Shown here: piece after piece, positions 48,811 through 62,005 of the stretch
Numbering within the stretch: the stretch's first letter is position 1
How the letters are laid out: each line of letters starts with the position of its first letter
Source of the DNA: Phoronis australis
Taxonomy: Eukaryota > Animalia > Phoronida
Assembly (NCBI GenBank): GCA_002633005.1
Contig: NMRA01000240.1
Span: forward strand, 93,351-157,350
Direction: 5' to 3'
DNA: 64,000 nucleotides
Position numbers and translations under genes: made by a program
The notes under the pieces: generated by a model
The model's input: only the letters and a program-made list of their open reading frames with translations
Told to the model about the DNA's origin: nothing
Database searches by the model: none

Positions 48811-51800
48811 GAGCTACACCCCTCCCCATGTTGCCATAATTTTTTCTTCCCATTTCCCTCTTTGAGGTGGGACCCCGCACAACTTCAGGGTCCTAAGCCA
48901 TCAGATCATCTTGGGTATATTCAGAGCATTTAATTTCTCCTTTAAGGTGAATTTAACCTGTGTGACTTTCAAACTTAGTGGAGAATGATTGGCCATAATG
49001 ACCAAAAGTTCGAGCATGCACTGAAAACAATTACTTCCAAGGGAATCCAGAACACCTCGGGTGTTTTCGTAACCTCAAATTTCACCTAATAGGTGAACGC
49101 TTCCTGCATGTATGCGGACTTCATTTAGCCTATTATTCTCAAGACTGAAAATCACGTGACTTGCCATATTTTGGATAACGTTCATCTTCGAGGGGGAAAT
49201 TTTAGGCTATAAAAATATTTTCGTTGCCCGAAGTGTTTCGAAGACAAATTTGTAAATAGGAAAATAGCCGACGTGCTCTAGATGTTCCGAGGGTAAATTT
49301 GTAGCCATGAAAATACCCAAGAGGTGTCCCAAATGGGCCCTAATCTTTAGTTTTATGCATAATCTGGTACTAGAAGAATCTCCACCCATTGAGACAGTGA
49401 CTAAAACATTATATTTGTTGTCCGAGGTTTTTAGTTCAAAAATAATGTAGCCTGATGTTCCAAATGCACAATCGTTTCATAAGGGTTAATGCTAACAACT
49501 GAATCCTTTCATAGTAATTCTTGAACACCTGTGTTTTTCACCCATGAAACTTGAAGAAGTTGGATCAGAGATTCCTGTTGTCAAAAATGAGTCTGGGGCA
49601 AAGTTTTAAAAATACAGGTATCATGATATTAAAACCCCTTCAGCAGTAGGAAAAAGGTACCATTTGCAGTGTTTTTAACTTCCAGAGTGAAACCCGTTGT
49701 ATTCATGGGAAAAAGTTTGCTTTGGTAGGGATTTTTTCAAGCACCATTTTGAAGAGAAATTGTTCGAGAAAAATCACACAGCTAGGTGTCATGTCCGGTA
49801 TAAACCTATGGGAGTATCTCCTGAAATGGTTTTAGGAGGATACTCTGAAAGCCCAAGGATGGTGATATGAACCCTATCCCTATAAACCTAACGATGTGGA
49901 TTGAATATCATGGAAAGTACAAGCGCAATTGTTGATTTCAGAATGCGCTTATCAGATGGTGTCTTCTGCCTTCCAGATTTCATTCAAATTAAGTTCCTTA
50001 AAGTTGCTTTGAATGCGTCTTGTGTGAAAAAGAATAAATTTTGATCTGAACAACTTACAGCAATATACAGGAATTGGAATGACTAAAAGAAGAAAATTTT
50101 CCAGGCGATCTATCGTTTCACAAATATGCTTGCGAGATAGAAATATTTTTGCGTTTTAAAATTTAACTGAAATAAATGTTTTTTGCATTAATCAAGTCAA
50201 AATAATGATAAAAAAGAAGCTGGAAATCAAACAAGAGGAAATAAAAACAAAAAATAGGAAATCCTCTTAAAAGAGGAAAATTCCAAGCCCTGTATATATC
50301 CCTGTCTCAACTTGTTCCTTAGTGGACTTGGAAGAAATTAAACTTTGTTAGTGCTCAAAGCCATGGTTATTGTACCAGGTCTTAAGCAATAACAAACTAT
50401 CAGTTCAAGGTAAGCCAATATGCCACATGTAATCTCAGTAAGGAACAGTGCGAGTTCAAGAGTCTAACCAGCAGACACGTGAAGATTGACACCGGACACT
50501 AGTATCCAAATCCAACTGCTGGACATGCCAATCTTCATGCGATTAGATTTACTCGCTACTATTTTGGCCAAAAACAACATTGTTAGTATGAGACCAATCT
50601 TATATTGTTACATGATGGTTCTAAAAAGAGGTTGGATTAATAGCAGCTTGAAAAATGGTACACTTTATGTATAAGGAACTTAAAGAGGGTTCATTTTTTC
50701 CATACAGTTTATTACAGACGTTTTCTTAGTTTCCACCATGTATTTAAATGCTTTTTGGGCTAAACAGATTCTAGCCCAGTCTTGTATGGATTGATTTAAA
50801 ACCCTGAAAACAGATTATGTGATCATATTTGAGAATACACCTCTTGAGTGAAGCTTTCAATCCAAATTGAAGTCGAAATTGTTTTTGTCACTTCCAGTCC
50901 ACTTTCTTGTGAGATCAAGATAGTACTTAATGACCACTAGCTTCAAGCTAAAGTTTGAGTAAAAACTTAAGATTTCTAGTAAAACCTTGAACTCAGACTC
51001 GAAGTTTTAGCTCTAATACTGGGATCATTAATTGCCATCAATAAGCGTTCAAATGTAAAATAAAAGAAACTTATCTCGAGGTCAAACAAAAGTATAATAG
51101 AAAATAACAAAAAATCTTGAGTAAAAAGTTGAAACCCCGGACCCAGGTGTGACTTTCATAATAGTCTATGCTTTCAGAAGTCAGTGAATGTGCAACTTGA
51201 GTGGAAGTCGGGTCTTTAATAACCTATACCCCCAGCACCACTGGTGTAGTCAGAATTATTCAACAGAGGTTGCCAAACTTGAAATTGTTGGCAACCACTG
51301 ATTGACTGTAATGAGAGGCAACCTGGAGGCACTGCATGAACAGGGGACAAGGACAGAGGAGCTAGGCAAGCACAAAACTGAAATGAGTTTCTATCAGGGA
51401 TGTTGTGCACCCTAAGGCTATGTTAATTCCCAGACTTAGTACTTCAGTATATCCTTAAACTAGACCATATTTCTAATCAACAAATCAGAAAAATAAAGTT
51501 CCCAATGTTAGACAAATTTCTAAGCATGTTGTGTGTTTTGTAGCTTATGAGTGTAATATTTCTAGGAACACATTAATGATGACACGGTTTTTAATTTTGA
51601 GTCAACGTGAGGGTGTTTGCCAGTGCGAATGTTCTCAAGCATTTCACACTGCCCAACTCTTGCCACGAGGAGGCCCCCTCAATAAGAGTCAAATCTGTAA
51701 TTTTGAAAAACTTTTCGAAAAGACCGAAATGCTGACTAAAATCACTGCTGTATTATGTAGATCATAACCACAAGAATGAAACACTAGCATGTTGCTCAAA

Positions 51801-53399
51801 ACACTGAGCAAAGCATAATGGTAATAGCCACATACAGGGTACCCCCACTTTGAGAACCAGTGTTTTCTACTGCATAACAAGAACCAGTTTTTCACTGAAT
51901 AGCAGGCGTTAAAACTTGTTCTCAAAATGCGGATTGCCAGTGACTATTGCCTGGATAACAATACAACCAACGTAACACACAAGAAACCGTCGATTTGGGT
52001 TAAGTGACCCAACTTAAAATCTTTGAAGTACCCTGACCTCCCAATTTTGAAATATGAGATGTTTTTGCAAGTAGTCATTTCAACGAACCAGGTTTTTAAA
52101 GTTCACTTCCTTACAAAGTCTAACTTCAGGATGCTTTCATTACAGCGAGCCATTATATAGTAGTTTCTGAACGTTTTAGAATGGTTCTGGTTTTGCAATT
52201 AGACTGAAATTAATAGATGATTATTGCAACATGCAACACTTGACATCATGTGAATGTGGAGAGCAAAAAAATGAAACAGTCAATGAGAGAGAGGACACTT
52301 GCATAGATTGCATATGACCAAATGTGCGCCTCTGACCAGTGACTCGGGCATTGCAAAAGTCGCCACGAAAGGGCGAATTTCCAAATAAATTCCACACACG
52401 AACTGTATAAAATGATCCATTTTTGCACTTAAACCACTGAATGTTTCATATACAACTGAGGCTTCTTATGTTAAAAAGAATACAGTCCAGCTTTTTGCTG
52501 AAATTCAATTCCCTGTACATAATAACTTTGCATAATTATGTTATCAGAAAATTTGACTATTCCATTGAGGCTCTAACCAAAATGGGTCAGTTTTAATGAC
52601 TGTGCGAACTCACAAAAGGGTGAGGTTTTATCTTGCTGATTATACTAAAGAGTGGGTATAATCCTAATTTCACAGCAACAAACACCCACCGAAATAATTG
52701 AACACTCCGTACGACTGTATGATGGTAGTCATTGCTGAATGGCATCGCCAAAAGCGATAATGTCAGTCATTATAAAACTATTGCTAGACTACTTAATGTT
52801 TGTGTGTTTAGGATCATTGACTGCATTTTTATGCTCCTAACTTCTGTTAGTAGTGACAAGTGTGGCAGTCTACTATGCAATGACAATGAATAATAGCAGA
52901 ATTTCAGCATATATCCTTATCTGACCCACCAGTTCAACTTTCACGGTATTCTCGGGAGCTTATATAACGTTCATGAACACGTCAACATACGAGAGGGTGT
53001 GCTGTGAAAAGATAGAGACAATCTCCCGTGGCCGCGACGCACTCAGCTACTCCTTTTCCATTATTCGGTGCTATAGTGTGCCTAATATGACTGACTGTTG
53101 TCGTGTTGAGTGTTGTTGTGGGTGGCCTAATTTCTTCCACAAATTATTTCGTAAAAAGTCACATCACTTCAGAATCCAGCATAGTGTACAAGAAAATTAT
53201 CATAAAATGTTTCGTATACGTTACTGGTGATGTATTCCTTGACTCGTTAGCTTTGAAATGCGGGAGTTTGATGAAAACAGAGAGATTTAAACGGATGAAA
53301 ATCCATCGACATTCTTTTACTGGAAGTCGCCATGTTGGTGAACTAGTTTGACCTATTATACAACTGACCAATAGAATGCCTTGTTTCTTTAAATTGGAA

Positions 53400-53700
53400 C
53401 AGCCAATGATATTCCAAGAATGCGGACGGAAAAGTGCCCTGTAGCAGACCCCAACCAACCTCGAGGGTCTGTGCAGGAGACTATACCTTTCCAGGGAATC
53501 ACGAATCTTGTGTTTCTCATATAACCGTTTATGTTGTTTAACGAGAGAAAGGTTTTGCTTTTCAGACTGTTTACTAATATTAAAAGTATCGTCAACGTCT
53601 CTCAACCAAACCCTTGGTTTCACTCCAGCATTGGTGTTGAGCGCTCTCTTTTCCTTGGCCAAAAATTTGTAACATGCCACTGCGCATGCGTTAAATTTTG
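53400..53700 (-). mobile_element. Penelope-like element RT fragment
   Basis: EKRALNT..VKPRVWLRDVDDTF (PLE P..W.RYVDDTF motif); DNA similar, inverted, to 55475-55545. Confidence 0.7.
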
Positions 53701-55029
53701 CCTGCAGCCCTCCATAAGATATAGAACGGAATGAACTATTATCAGTATATCAGAAGTCATGGGAGATAACTGTACAATTTGCTAAACGTCTGGCAGAGAG
53801 TGTATGTAGTCTTGTTACCAGGGGGCAGATACAATATTTTGAGTTGGGGGGTGGGGGGCAGGGCAGAGTATTAGCCAGGATTTTGCCCATCAGTCATTCG
53901 CACCCTGTACTTCCAAATGGAATCTGGGAGGGATAATTTAAGGGGAGGGGGACTTGACACCCTTGGCCCCTCACTTCCGCTACTGGTTACTGCTAAGTAT
54001 AAGTGTCACTGGTGAAAAAAATTTCCCTTGTCTTTGAAGTTTGCTCCGATCAGGCTATGTTAACGACCGCTTGTAAGTACCCAGCTCATTTTTAAGTCAA
54101 ATTTGCGGGAAATTTCATTTAGCTATATAATTTGCGGATAACCCAAGGACGACCGGGAGTAATGAGAAGTTGCCAGTTTCATATGATTTTTCGAAATTTT
54201 CCCGTTTCTCTTGTGCTCCGAAAACGGATCCCCGTACAATGGTGTTTGAAGTGTAATGATCGCGGGCTTGTCTTGCAATGGAATTTGCACTGTTGAGGAA
54301 GACTAGAACTTTATCGGTAAGAAACATTGTTTTGTCCATTTTCCCGTCCGGGATGATCTTATGAATAATTTCAGAGCGTGGGCGCACCCAGCCTAAACAA
54401 TGGGGGGCTCGAATTTTGTAGAATATGTACTTTTCACTAAGATTCACGGGGTACTTTCAAAGCTATGAATTGTGCATTCGCCCAATTCTGGTTGTTCCTA
54501 ACTTTTTAGTGGACTTTTGTCTCGTTTTCTACTCTGAGGAGCACCTTTTTGTCCCCCCCCCCCTGCGTGCGCACATGTAAAGTGTAAAAAAAAGTTTTTT
54601 ATACAAAATTCTACAATTTTGCCTGCAAGTAAATGATTTTAAGATTGTTTTAAAATTTTGTTCAATTGTTGTTCCGCACAAATTATAGCCGTGCTCACAG
54701 CAGTGATTAGTTTCATTATTGAATGTTTTGAAATTGTTATCCTGTCTAGGGGTATGTGAAATAATGAACAAAATCATTACAATGTATCAGATTTTGTTAC
54801 CTGGGTCCTGCAGGGAACAGTGGAAATATGTGTTGTTTACCGTCAGATAAAAGGGTTCAAAAATTACGTTGCTCATCTTTTTTAATTAGTACGTAGGATT
54901 CCATACACAAATAGATATGTACTGTCAAAAATCTCAAGATTAATAATAAGCGCTATGGCATGGCAACTGAGGGTCACTCATGGGTCGATGCGCCGACCAG
55001 CCATCGGTACATATTGTTTTTGTTCTGTA

Positions 55030-55365
55030 CTTCGGTGCACCAGCAAGTGACCCACGTCCTTGAGCACAGCTGTTGGTCATTACAGAGGCGTTCATGAATC
55101 CTTGCAGCAGGTGGGTATACATACAAGAAAAAACGTCATAGTATGTGAAACGTGCGTCTTCCTCGAGAAAAATATCGCTCACCTTATCCACAAGATTCTG
55201 AATGTTGTCATTGTGATGAACTGATTGGCCGACTTGCGGAGACAAAATGTCATCAACGAACTTGGCAACATGGTGTGTAACCGAGTCGTTGTTGCAGTGA
55301 TTCATGAACGCCTCTGCAGTGACCACCAACTGTGGCCAAGGACGAGTTTATCTGCTACGGATGTA
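55030..55365. mobile_element. Foldback/MITE with about 60-bp imperfect inverted arms
   Basis: CGTCCTTGAGCACAG.TG.TGGTCA.T.CAGAGGCGTTCATGAATC vs its inverse GATTCATGAACGCCTCTGCAGTGACCACCAACTGTGGCCAAGGACG. Confidence 0.65.
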
Positions 55366-55469
55366 AGTGATCTTCTGCAGATTTTTCAAGGAAACTATAT
55401 TTTTCATTTGATCAACAAATATATGCGTTGTGGAATCCCCTGTACCCCCTATTGTCGTCAACTTGCACT

Positions 55470-55607
55470 TATTCTAAAGTGCAACCAAGTGTTTGGTTGA
55501 GATACGTTGGGATCACTGAACAGTCTGAAAAGCAATTTTTCTCTCAGTACGAAGAAGGAGGGTAGAGGCTGTGTGAACGCGTTCTTTGATTGCTTATTGT
55601 CAGTTAA
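55470..55607 (+). mobile_element. Penelope-like RT fragment (5' piece of the split element)
   Basis: VQPSVWLRYV and AFFDCLLSV; the frame continues KEYLSLKTS at 58869 after removing the Academ element. Confidence 0.65.
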
Positions 55608-58600
55608 TAGTCAGGTTTGTTGTGTAATTTTGTTGAGTTTTTTGGTGGAAAGTGGAAACCTCATGGAACAACAAATCAGAAAATAAGTGATGCCTTTTTG
55701 GCGGCCATCTTGGCGGCCATCTTGGATTTCAAAAATCGCACCGGTAACATACATTTTGTTCAATAGTTCTGCTCTTGGGTCACTTAGTTTTAATGGCTGC
55801 ACCCACATTTTTGTAGGCAAGGAATCCGAAAATGCAAATTATCAAATGTGAAACATAATCAAGAACCCGTTTATTAGCAGCAACATTTTGTAAATGCCTT
55901 CATCATGTATTCCAACACATATGCACACTATTTTATCAGACTTAAAAATGTTTGTGGTCTTACTACTAGCATATTTCGTTCGGATTTGTTTCCTTCAACA
56001 CACTTAAAATCAACCACTATCTATACAACCTATTTGCGTTTGCAGAACAAGAGAGTATCTTTGTTGTAGTTCAATAGTCTTTCAAAACTTTGAAACCAGT
56101 CTACAGATCATCACTGTCGCCATCTCTGTCATCCTTAGCACCAGGGATGGCGGCATTATAAGAGTTTAACATTCTGACATTCTGGACAACACTGACATAG
56201 ATGTGTGCAAGGTAGTTCCTTTGATCGACGAGAGCATTGTTGGGAGGAAAAAATATCTTTTGCATTGACATCTAACCATTTAAATAAAAGCACCTGTCGC
56301 AGGAGCCTCCTAAGTTGTGAGAGGTGTCAGTTGGTCGTCTTTGTCCTTGTATAACCCATTCTCTGCAACGGGTCAAAGAACTTCTGTCGAGCAATGGCTA
56401 CCGGTCTCTGCACTCTGGCTTGAATAAACATCCTCAGCACACGCTGTTCAAAGCCCCAATGGATGGTTGAAGTTTGTCACTGTAAGCCGTATGTTTGCAG
56501 AAGAGGTACAATCTCAGCTCGGGGATACTATCTATGTCAATACCCTGCGGTGAGCATGCAGCACCTGTAAAACGGGCTAATGTGAACAAGAAGCAGTACA
56601 AAGAGTATGCAATGCAATGACAACATCACTGTCAGCCTCCAACTATATATTAGACCATGTTGTTTTGCCTATCCTGGAGAACCGACCAGTGTTATCTCCC
56701 CCTGTAAAAGCATGGAAAGCCGGAAGAGGGTTTGTCTGGGCAGCACATAGCGCTAACCATATTGGGTTTATGTCCACAAACCCAGATGCCATTGAGACAA
56801 GAGTATTTCTGAGAAGCCGGTCATAGTAGGCAATGACAAGTACCAGAACATCTTTTTCGGGTGAAAAAAGTACCAGATGAGAATCAGGGACGTTTTGATG
56901 GGATGTCCGCACTGCATGATGTATTACCAACGCACCTGCTTCTTCGTGATTGTTTTCGTCAAAGCGTAGAGAATGCCTGTTGCTTATTGTAAATATTGAC
57001 TAATTGGCAGAGTCTGTAGACTGATATGAAGAATCTCATTAGCATTGCTGGAAATACCGTACAGTACAGAATTGGCCTTCACCATCCTCTCGAGGTGTTT
57101 ACAAGCTTGGTCTGCACCAAAGGACACAAATGGGATTTCAAAGGACACAAATGGGATTTCGGTTTTGCTGACTGACATACCTGTTCCAATGTCAGTCCAT
57201 ATGTGGTAGTGTTTGGTTCTTAGGTCTTGCATATCATCAATGTATGTAGGCCGGAGTCTTTTGTACTTGATGCGAGCAGAAGCAAAGAAAATTTTGATCC
57301 TTGCATCAACAGCCTGGAGATGCAGAGTCAAATAAGCATTTCGAGATATTGCCACAAATACCATGATGGTTTGGACTCGATGCAGATATTTCACAATGGA
57401 CTTAAACATGGCATTAGCTGATCATTTCGCTGTCCCGTTCTCTGAATGTTTCAAATGTCTTGGCAATTGTCAACAATTCCAGCAAATTGTGTATACATGT
57501 AGTTTGCTTTGTGCTCTCGGCTTTTATGGTTTTGTTCTTCTCTGAACAGGCTGTTGGTGATGAATTTAGAGCCTCACAGCAAAAGGCGTCTAACTGTGGG
57601 TTTCCATTAATGAATTCCTCTAGGACTATCTCAAACACTGCTGTATAGGATTACAAGTAAATGTGGACTCGGAAAGTGCGCTTGTAGGGAGTGTACTTTA
57701 GAATCTGTCTAGTTGTTGCTGTGCCAAAGACGTTAGCTTCTACCCAGAAATCATCTATGCCGGAATGCCCTGTGAACTTCCCAAGAGCTATCTGAGCTGC
57801 CATTCCAGCATCCAATTCCCCAAGTCTTAGGTTCACTGTTTGCTTTAGTTCTGGTCTGGTATCCAGGAGCTGCACAACCCTCTGGTGTAGACCCATGTCA
57901 CATGAAATGACAGTTGGATCAGCTTTGCCAGCAACCAGCCTCTTCAACTGTCTCGTCTGCATAACACCTATTAGAAGGGTCGACCAATCATGGGCCACGT
58001 TTGGAAGTAGTGGTACCGCACCTAACTCAGTGAGAGACTGGCTTGTGCAGATCATTGAGTTGAAGCCTGTCCAGTAATTGATCTTCCTATTCTCTTCATT
58101 CCTTAGCCTGGTTACTGCCAACGTTACTAGCCATACAAGGTGTGTCGGCTGATATGTGTCAGAGATTCCCTCTTGGCTACAAATTTATGTGTTCTTTTGC
58201 TTGCTTGTGGATTTGGACTGTCGCTATGTGCCCTACGTATGTGGCACGGTGTGACAGTGAGGTCCTTTGCTTCCGTGATGGTTAAAGGTGGTTTGTTTTT
58301 TCAATTCCTTGCCCCACAAATAGGGTGGAGCCATTAAAACTAACATTGTAGGAGACCAGATGAAATTGTATACATGTGAAATAATTTATTGTGTATAAAA
58401 ATGATTTATTTACATATGTCATTGTAATCTTAACATCATTTTTTAAATTATATATTTGTGTATAATAACTGTATATGATTTTCTTTGTATTTATTTAACC
58501 CATATACAATTCCTCTTGGCGCTTTCGGGGAATGTATATTCATCGCACTGAAGATTTCATAATGAACATTAAAAAACCAAGAGCAGAGATAAATGAGCAA

Positions 58601-58865
58601 AATGTACTTTACGGGTGCCATTTATGAAAATTCAAGACGGCCACCAAAGATTAAAATGTTCAATTCTGCGCCCCAAGAAATGCTGGTGTATCCATAGAAA
58701 ATAACATTCTAAGTGACCCAAGCACTGAGACATTGAGCAAAATGGCCGACGAAAATAGAATCAATTACTTTCTGATTCGTCATTCCATGAGTTTTCCAAA
58801 AATGTTTCCACTTCCCCCAGAAAATTCCAACGAATATCAAAACTTGGACACAGCGAACCTGACTA
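55608..58865 (-). mobile_element. AcademX DNA transposon, internally deleted and degenerate
   Basis: Long imperfect TIRs starting TAGTCAGGTT and ending AACCTGACTA, 3-bp TAA TSD. Minus-strand motifs: VISCD.GL..., LRLGEL, SGIDDFWVEANVFG, Y.R (transposase) and NHEEA, FSP..DVLVL, LPAFHAFTGGDNTGRF (XPG-like). Confidence 0.85.
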
Positions 58866-58892
58866 TAAGGAATATCTAAGTCTTAAGACTAG

Positions 58893-60850
58893 TAGAGCAG
58901 ATAAGTGAGAAATCTTGTGGATGGTACAAAACCCAGACCTTGCCAACCACAACAGACTGTACCAGCTATGCCCTTATGCCGGAGGCTGCTCTCTGACCTG
59001 TTAACACCACTTGAGGATTCCATTTTCTGCTTGCTGGTGATACCTGAATCTCTTATAACCTAAAAAAATTGTCTTTGGAATCTCAGATTGTGAGAACTTC
59101 TCTTGGTCTTGAAGTCTTCAACCAGAGACCTTGGCGGAAGGGATACTGTCGTCCTACTACATAATCCAACTGACGTGGAACTCATTGTTGCTTCCAACCA
59201 TTTCCTGATAAGCTGCTTTGCCTCCTGATCCATGTGGTCGACTTTTACAGACTCTCCCTGAACGGGGTCACTATGTCCATTGCATTTGTGAAGTCGTTTA
59301 GGCTGATTTCGTACACCTTGCCCAGACATTTCACTAACTTCTCACCCAGGGTTGGTATCTCCTCGCCGTTCATCCTGAAGGCTTGGTGCTGGCTCATTTT
59401 ACCTTTCGTCAAAACCAGACTTCTTGACTTCTGCACCTTGAACTTCATCCTGCCCCAAACAATTAGCTATTCTAGGTTCGTCAACACCCGTCCTGCTCCT
59501 ACCACTGTTGATGTGGTTACTGTTAGGTCATCAATAAATGCACGGCAGAATGGATGGAGTCATCCTTGCAGACTTTGCTGGCTCGCCGAATAATGAAGTT
59601 CTTCGCAAGAACAAATAAACTGACTGAAACGGGGCACCCGGTCAAGATCCTTTCTCCAAAGGCTTGAAATCTGTTGCAAAATCCATCGTAGAATATTGGA
59701 TCTGTGTACTGTTTAAATAGTCGTTGATGACCTTCTGAACTCATTCTAGAATATGAAATGTCGCTTTCGCCTTTCTACTCAGTTAATGTTACATGGAACC
59801 ATAAGCACTCTCAATATCTAAGCTCACAGCTGCCCTAGTCCTACATGCTTGCCTTTGTATTACCGATAAGCTCTGTTAGAACAGGCAACTCGACTGTCCT
59901 CGTACTGTATGTACTGCATGGTCAATTTATCCGTCCCCCAGGGCGTACTTGACATTTTTTGATGCAATCACTGCGAAGAACATTTTGTACTCCACATCAA
60001 GCAGGAAAATTGTCTTGCACATGTACATGTAGTCCTTTATAGATTTGGTCTTTGCTCTTTGGCGTGTAACAACCCTTAGCCTCGCCCCAGTGATCAGCAA
60101 GTGTCTTCGATTTTTAGACTCTTCTCAGTAGCTTCCATAATAGTCTTAATAGCCCCGGGCACTTCTTGCATACGATGTAACTAGACTCAGAGGGAATCGG
60201 CTTCGGCCTCTATGACGACACTCTTTACCTTAAAGAACTTATTATGTCCAATGTCAAACTGAAGTTCAGGTAGAATTTCCTCATCCATCCAATTGAACTC
60301 CTCTAGATTGTCAAGCCGGTTCGCGTCGCTATGAATCTCCACCAGATGATCTTTTAGTTCTACTTCACTGTATGATAACCGACCACGTGTTTCTTAGTTC
60401 ATCTCCAGTTTCGCCACTTGGAGAATCCTCGGGTTTGTAACTTATTACAAAGAATAATTTGTTTTCCCATGGAGAACTCGGTATTGGGCTGCTAACACTT
60501 CCAGCCTGTCAGTCTTTCCCTGACGTCATTCACCCCTCCAAGTGTCACTCGTCTCCCCGACTTGACCTCTGGCCTTTCCCAGACGTTACTGGACTTCTCC
60601 AATCGTTAAACTAACTTTGAACAGATGTTGTTTCTCTGCTCCCTCCGTCAACCATCAACAAGATGACGTCTTTGCAGCATGTTTAACATGAACGCGCACC
60701 AAAGCTAGCCCATACCCCCCAAAGTTGACCAGGCTCCGGTTCAACGGGGAGTTTGCCACTGTTTGGTCTTCTGCAACCACAATCATGATAATGCTGATCC
60801 CGTTTCGGCTACTACTGACTTCATCATAGGCTTCTTTGAATTAGTTGAAA
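58893..60850 (-). mobile_element. Degenerate HERO-like (RLE-type) non-LTR retrotransposon RT
   Basis: KKCPGLLRLLWKLL, IFLLDVEYKMFFAVIA, ILTGCPVSVSLF.LA, RAFIDDLTVTT, MKFKVQKSRSLVL.KGK, IPTLGEK.VK.LGK, LIRKWL, RKWNPQ...LRHKGIAG. Confidence 0.8.
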
Positions 60851-60879
60851 TTTTCAGCACCCTTGACATAATCCACCTT

Positions 60880-61200
60880 ATCCTTCTGCCTAAACCGTTA
60901 AACAGAAGCAGCTCCATCCACTTCTTGAAATCTCATGGCTCAGATCGCTGCTCTTGAAATCTTTCCTCTCCTGGGCTTTCCTTATCCTTATTTCCCAGTA
61001 AAAAGTTAAGCCCACAAATACTACCACCATATCTCTCTCCTTCCTGTTTGTCGCCTTACTTCTAGTGGATGGTAGAAAACTCACACCTTGTCAACCATAA
61101 GAGACTGTACTATGTCTTTATTCTGGATTCGGCAATCTGGTTTGTTAGCCACCTGAGGTTTCCACTTCTGCCTGCCCATACCTGGATCTCTTGATAAATC
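60880..61200 (-). mobile_element. Second HERO-like fragment (post-RT region)
   Basis: QKWKPQVA...RIQNKDIV...KATNRKERDMV, paralogous to the segment at about 58930-59040. Confidence 0.55.
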
Positions 61201-61214
61201 TATCTCTAGAGTCT

Positions 61215-62005
61215 CACAATTCACATTTCGGCTTTCACCATCCCTTTTCATACAAACTTGGTGTAATTCGTCTCTTGTATCTCTGTGCGGACCTGACTGT
61301 CTCTGACGACAATGACAGGACATTAGAAAAACACAGACTTCGTAACTCTTTGGAAATGTGCGGATACCCACGTTTGGTCTTTGGCAAGGCTACCCGTAGA
61401 ACACCGAGATTGGGAATTAACAACATTGTCGTTCCTCAAACAGATCAACCAATGGCAAGGATATATATTTCATATGTGGTATAGATTTTCTGAACAAATA
61501 CCATCGGTTTTCAGGAATTTGTTATTGCTACATGTACCTCTTTCAATCCTGTTGGCACTTCGAGGCTAAAACTCGTGCACTCTAAGGACAAACAACTTAA
61601 GGAAAAGATAGCTAATGTGGTCTATAGAATACAGTGTGGAGAGTGCCCTGAAACTTGTGGAGGTGAAACTAAGCAGTCCTTGAATGCACGGTTGTGCCAG
61701 CTTCGTCTCCTAACTACGGTGACACGTGACTCTGCCGTGTTTATCCACTGTTAGGGATCTGGTTACAGCTTTGACTTCGACAATGTACTAATCAGCGACA
61801 AAGAGAGCTATTGGTTTGAATGAGGAGTCAATGAGGGTATTCATGAAAGAATTGAAGTCCGAACAGGAGGCTGGAGATTCAGTCTGTCACACACCCGTGA
61901 CAGGATTCAGGCTCAAGTTTCCAGCCGAGTTTCTCAACTCCGACCCAATCCTCTAGAGGTTGCACATACTCGAAAACCCAGCAGAGCCTGTCGAATCGTT
62001 GCCTT
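61215..62005 (+). mobile_element. Penelope-like element 3' piece: RT thumb, linker and GIY-YIG endonuclease
   Basis: FHHP..YKLGVIR.L, SLEMCGYP, ISYV, KLVHSKDK...NVVYRIQCGECPETCGGETKQSLNARL, DSAVF.H, DKE.YWFE*GV.E; degenerate CGAA(T)CGTTG hammerhead-like end at about 61990. Confidence 0.85.

Noticed and set aside
54940-55329. Protein-looking 129-aa ORF with a FVDD motif
   Set aside because: It lies across a foldback inverted repeat and has no other RT motifs
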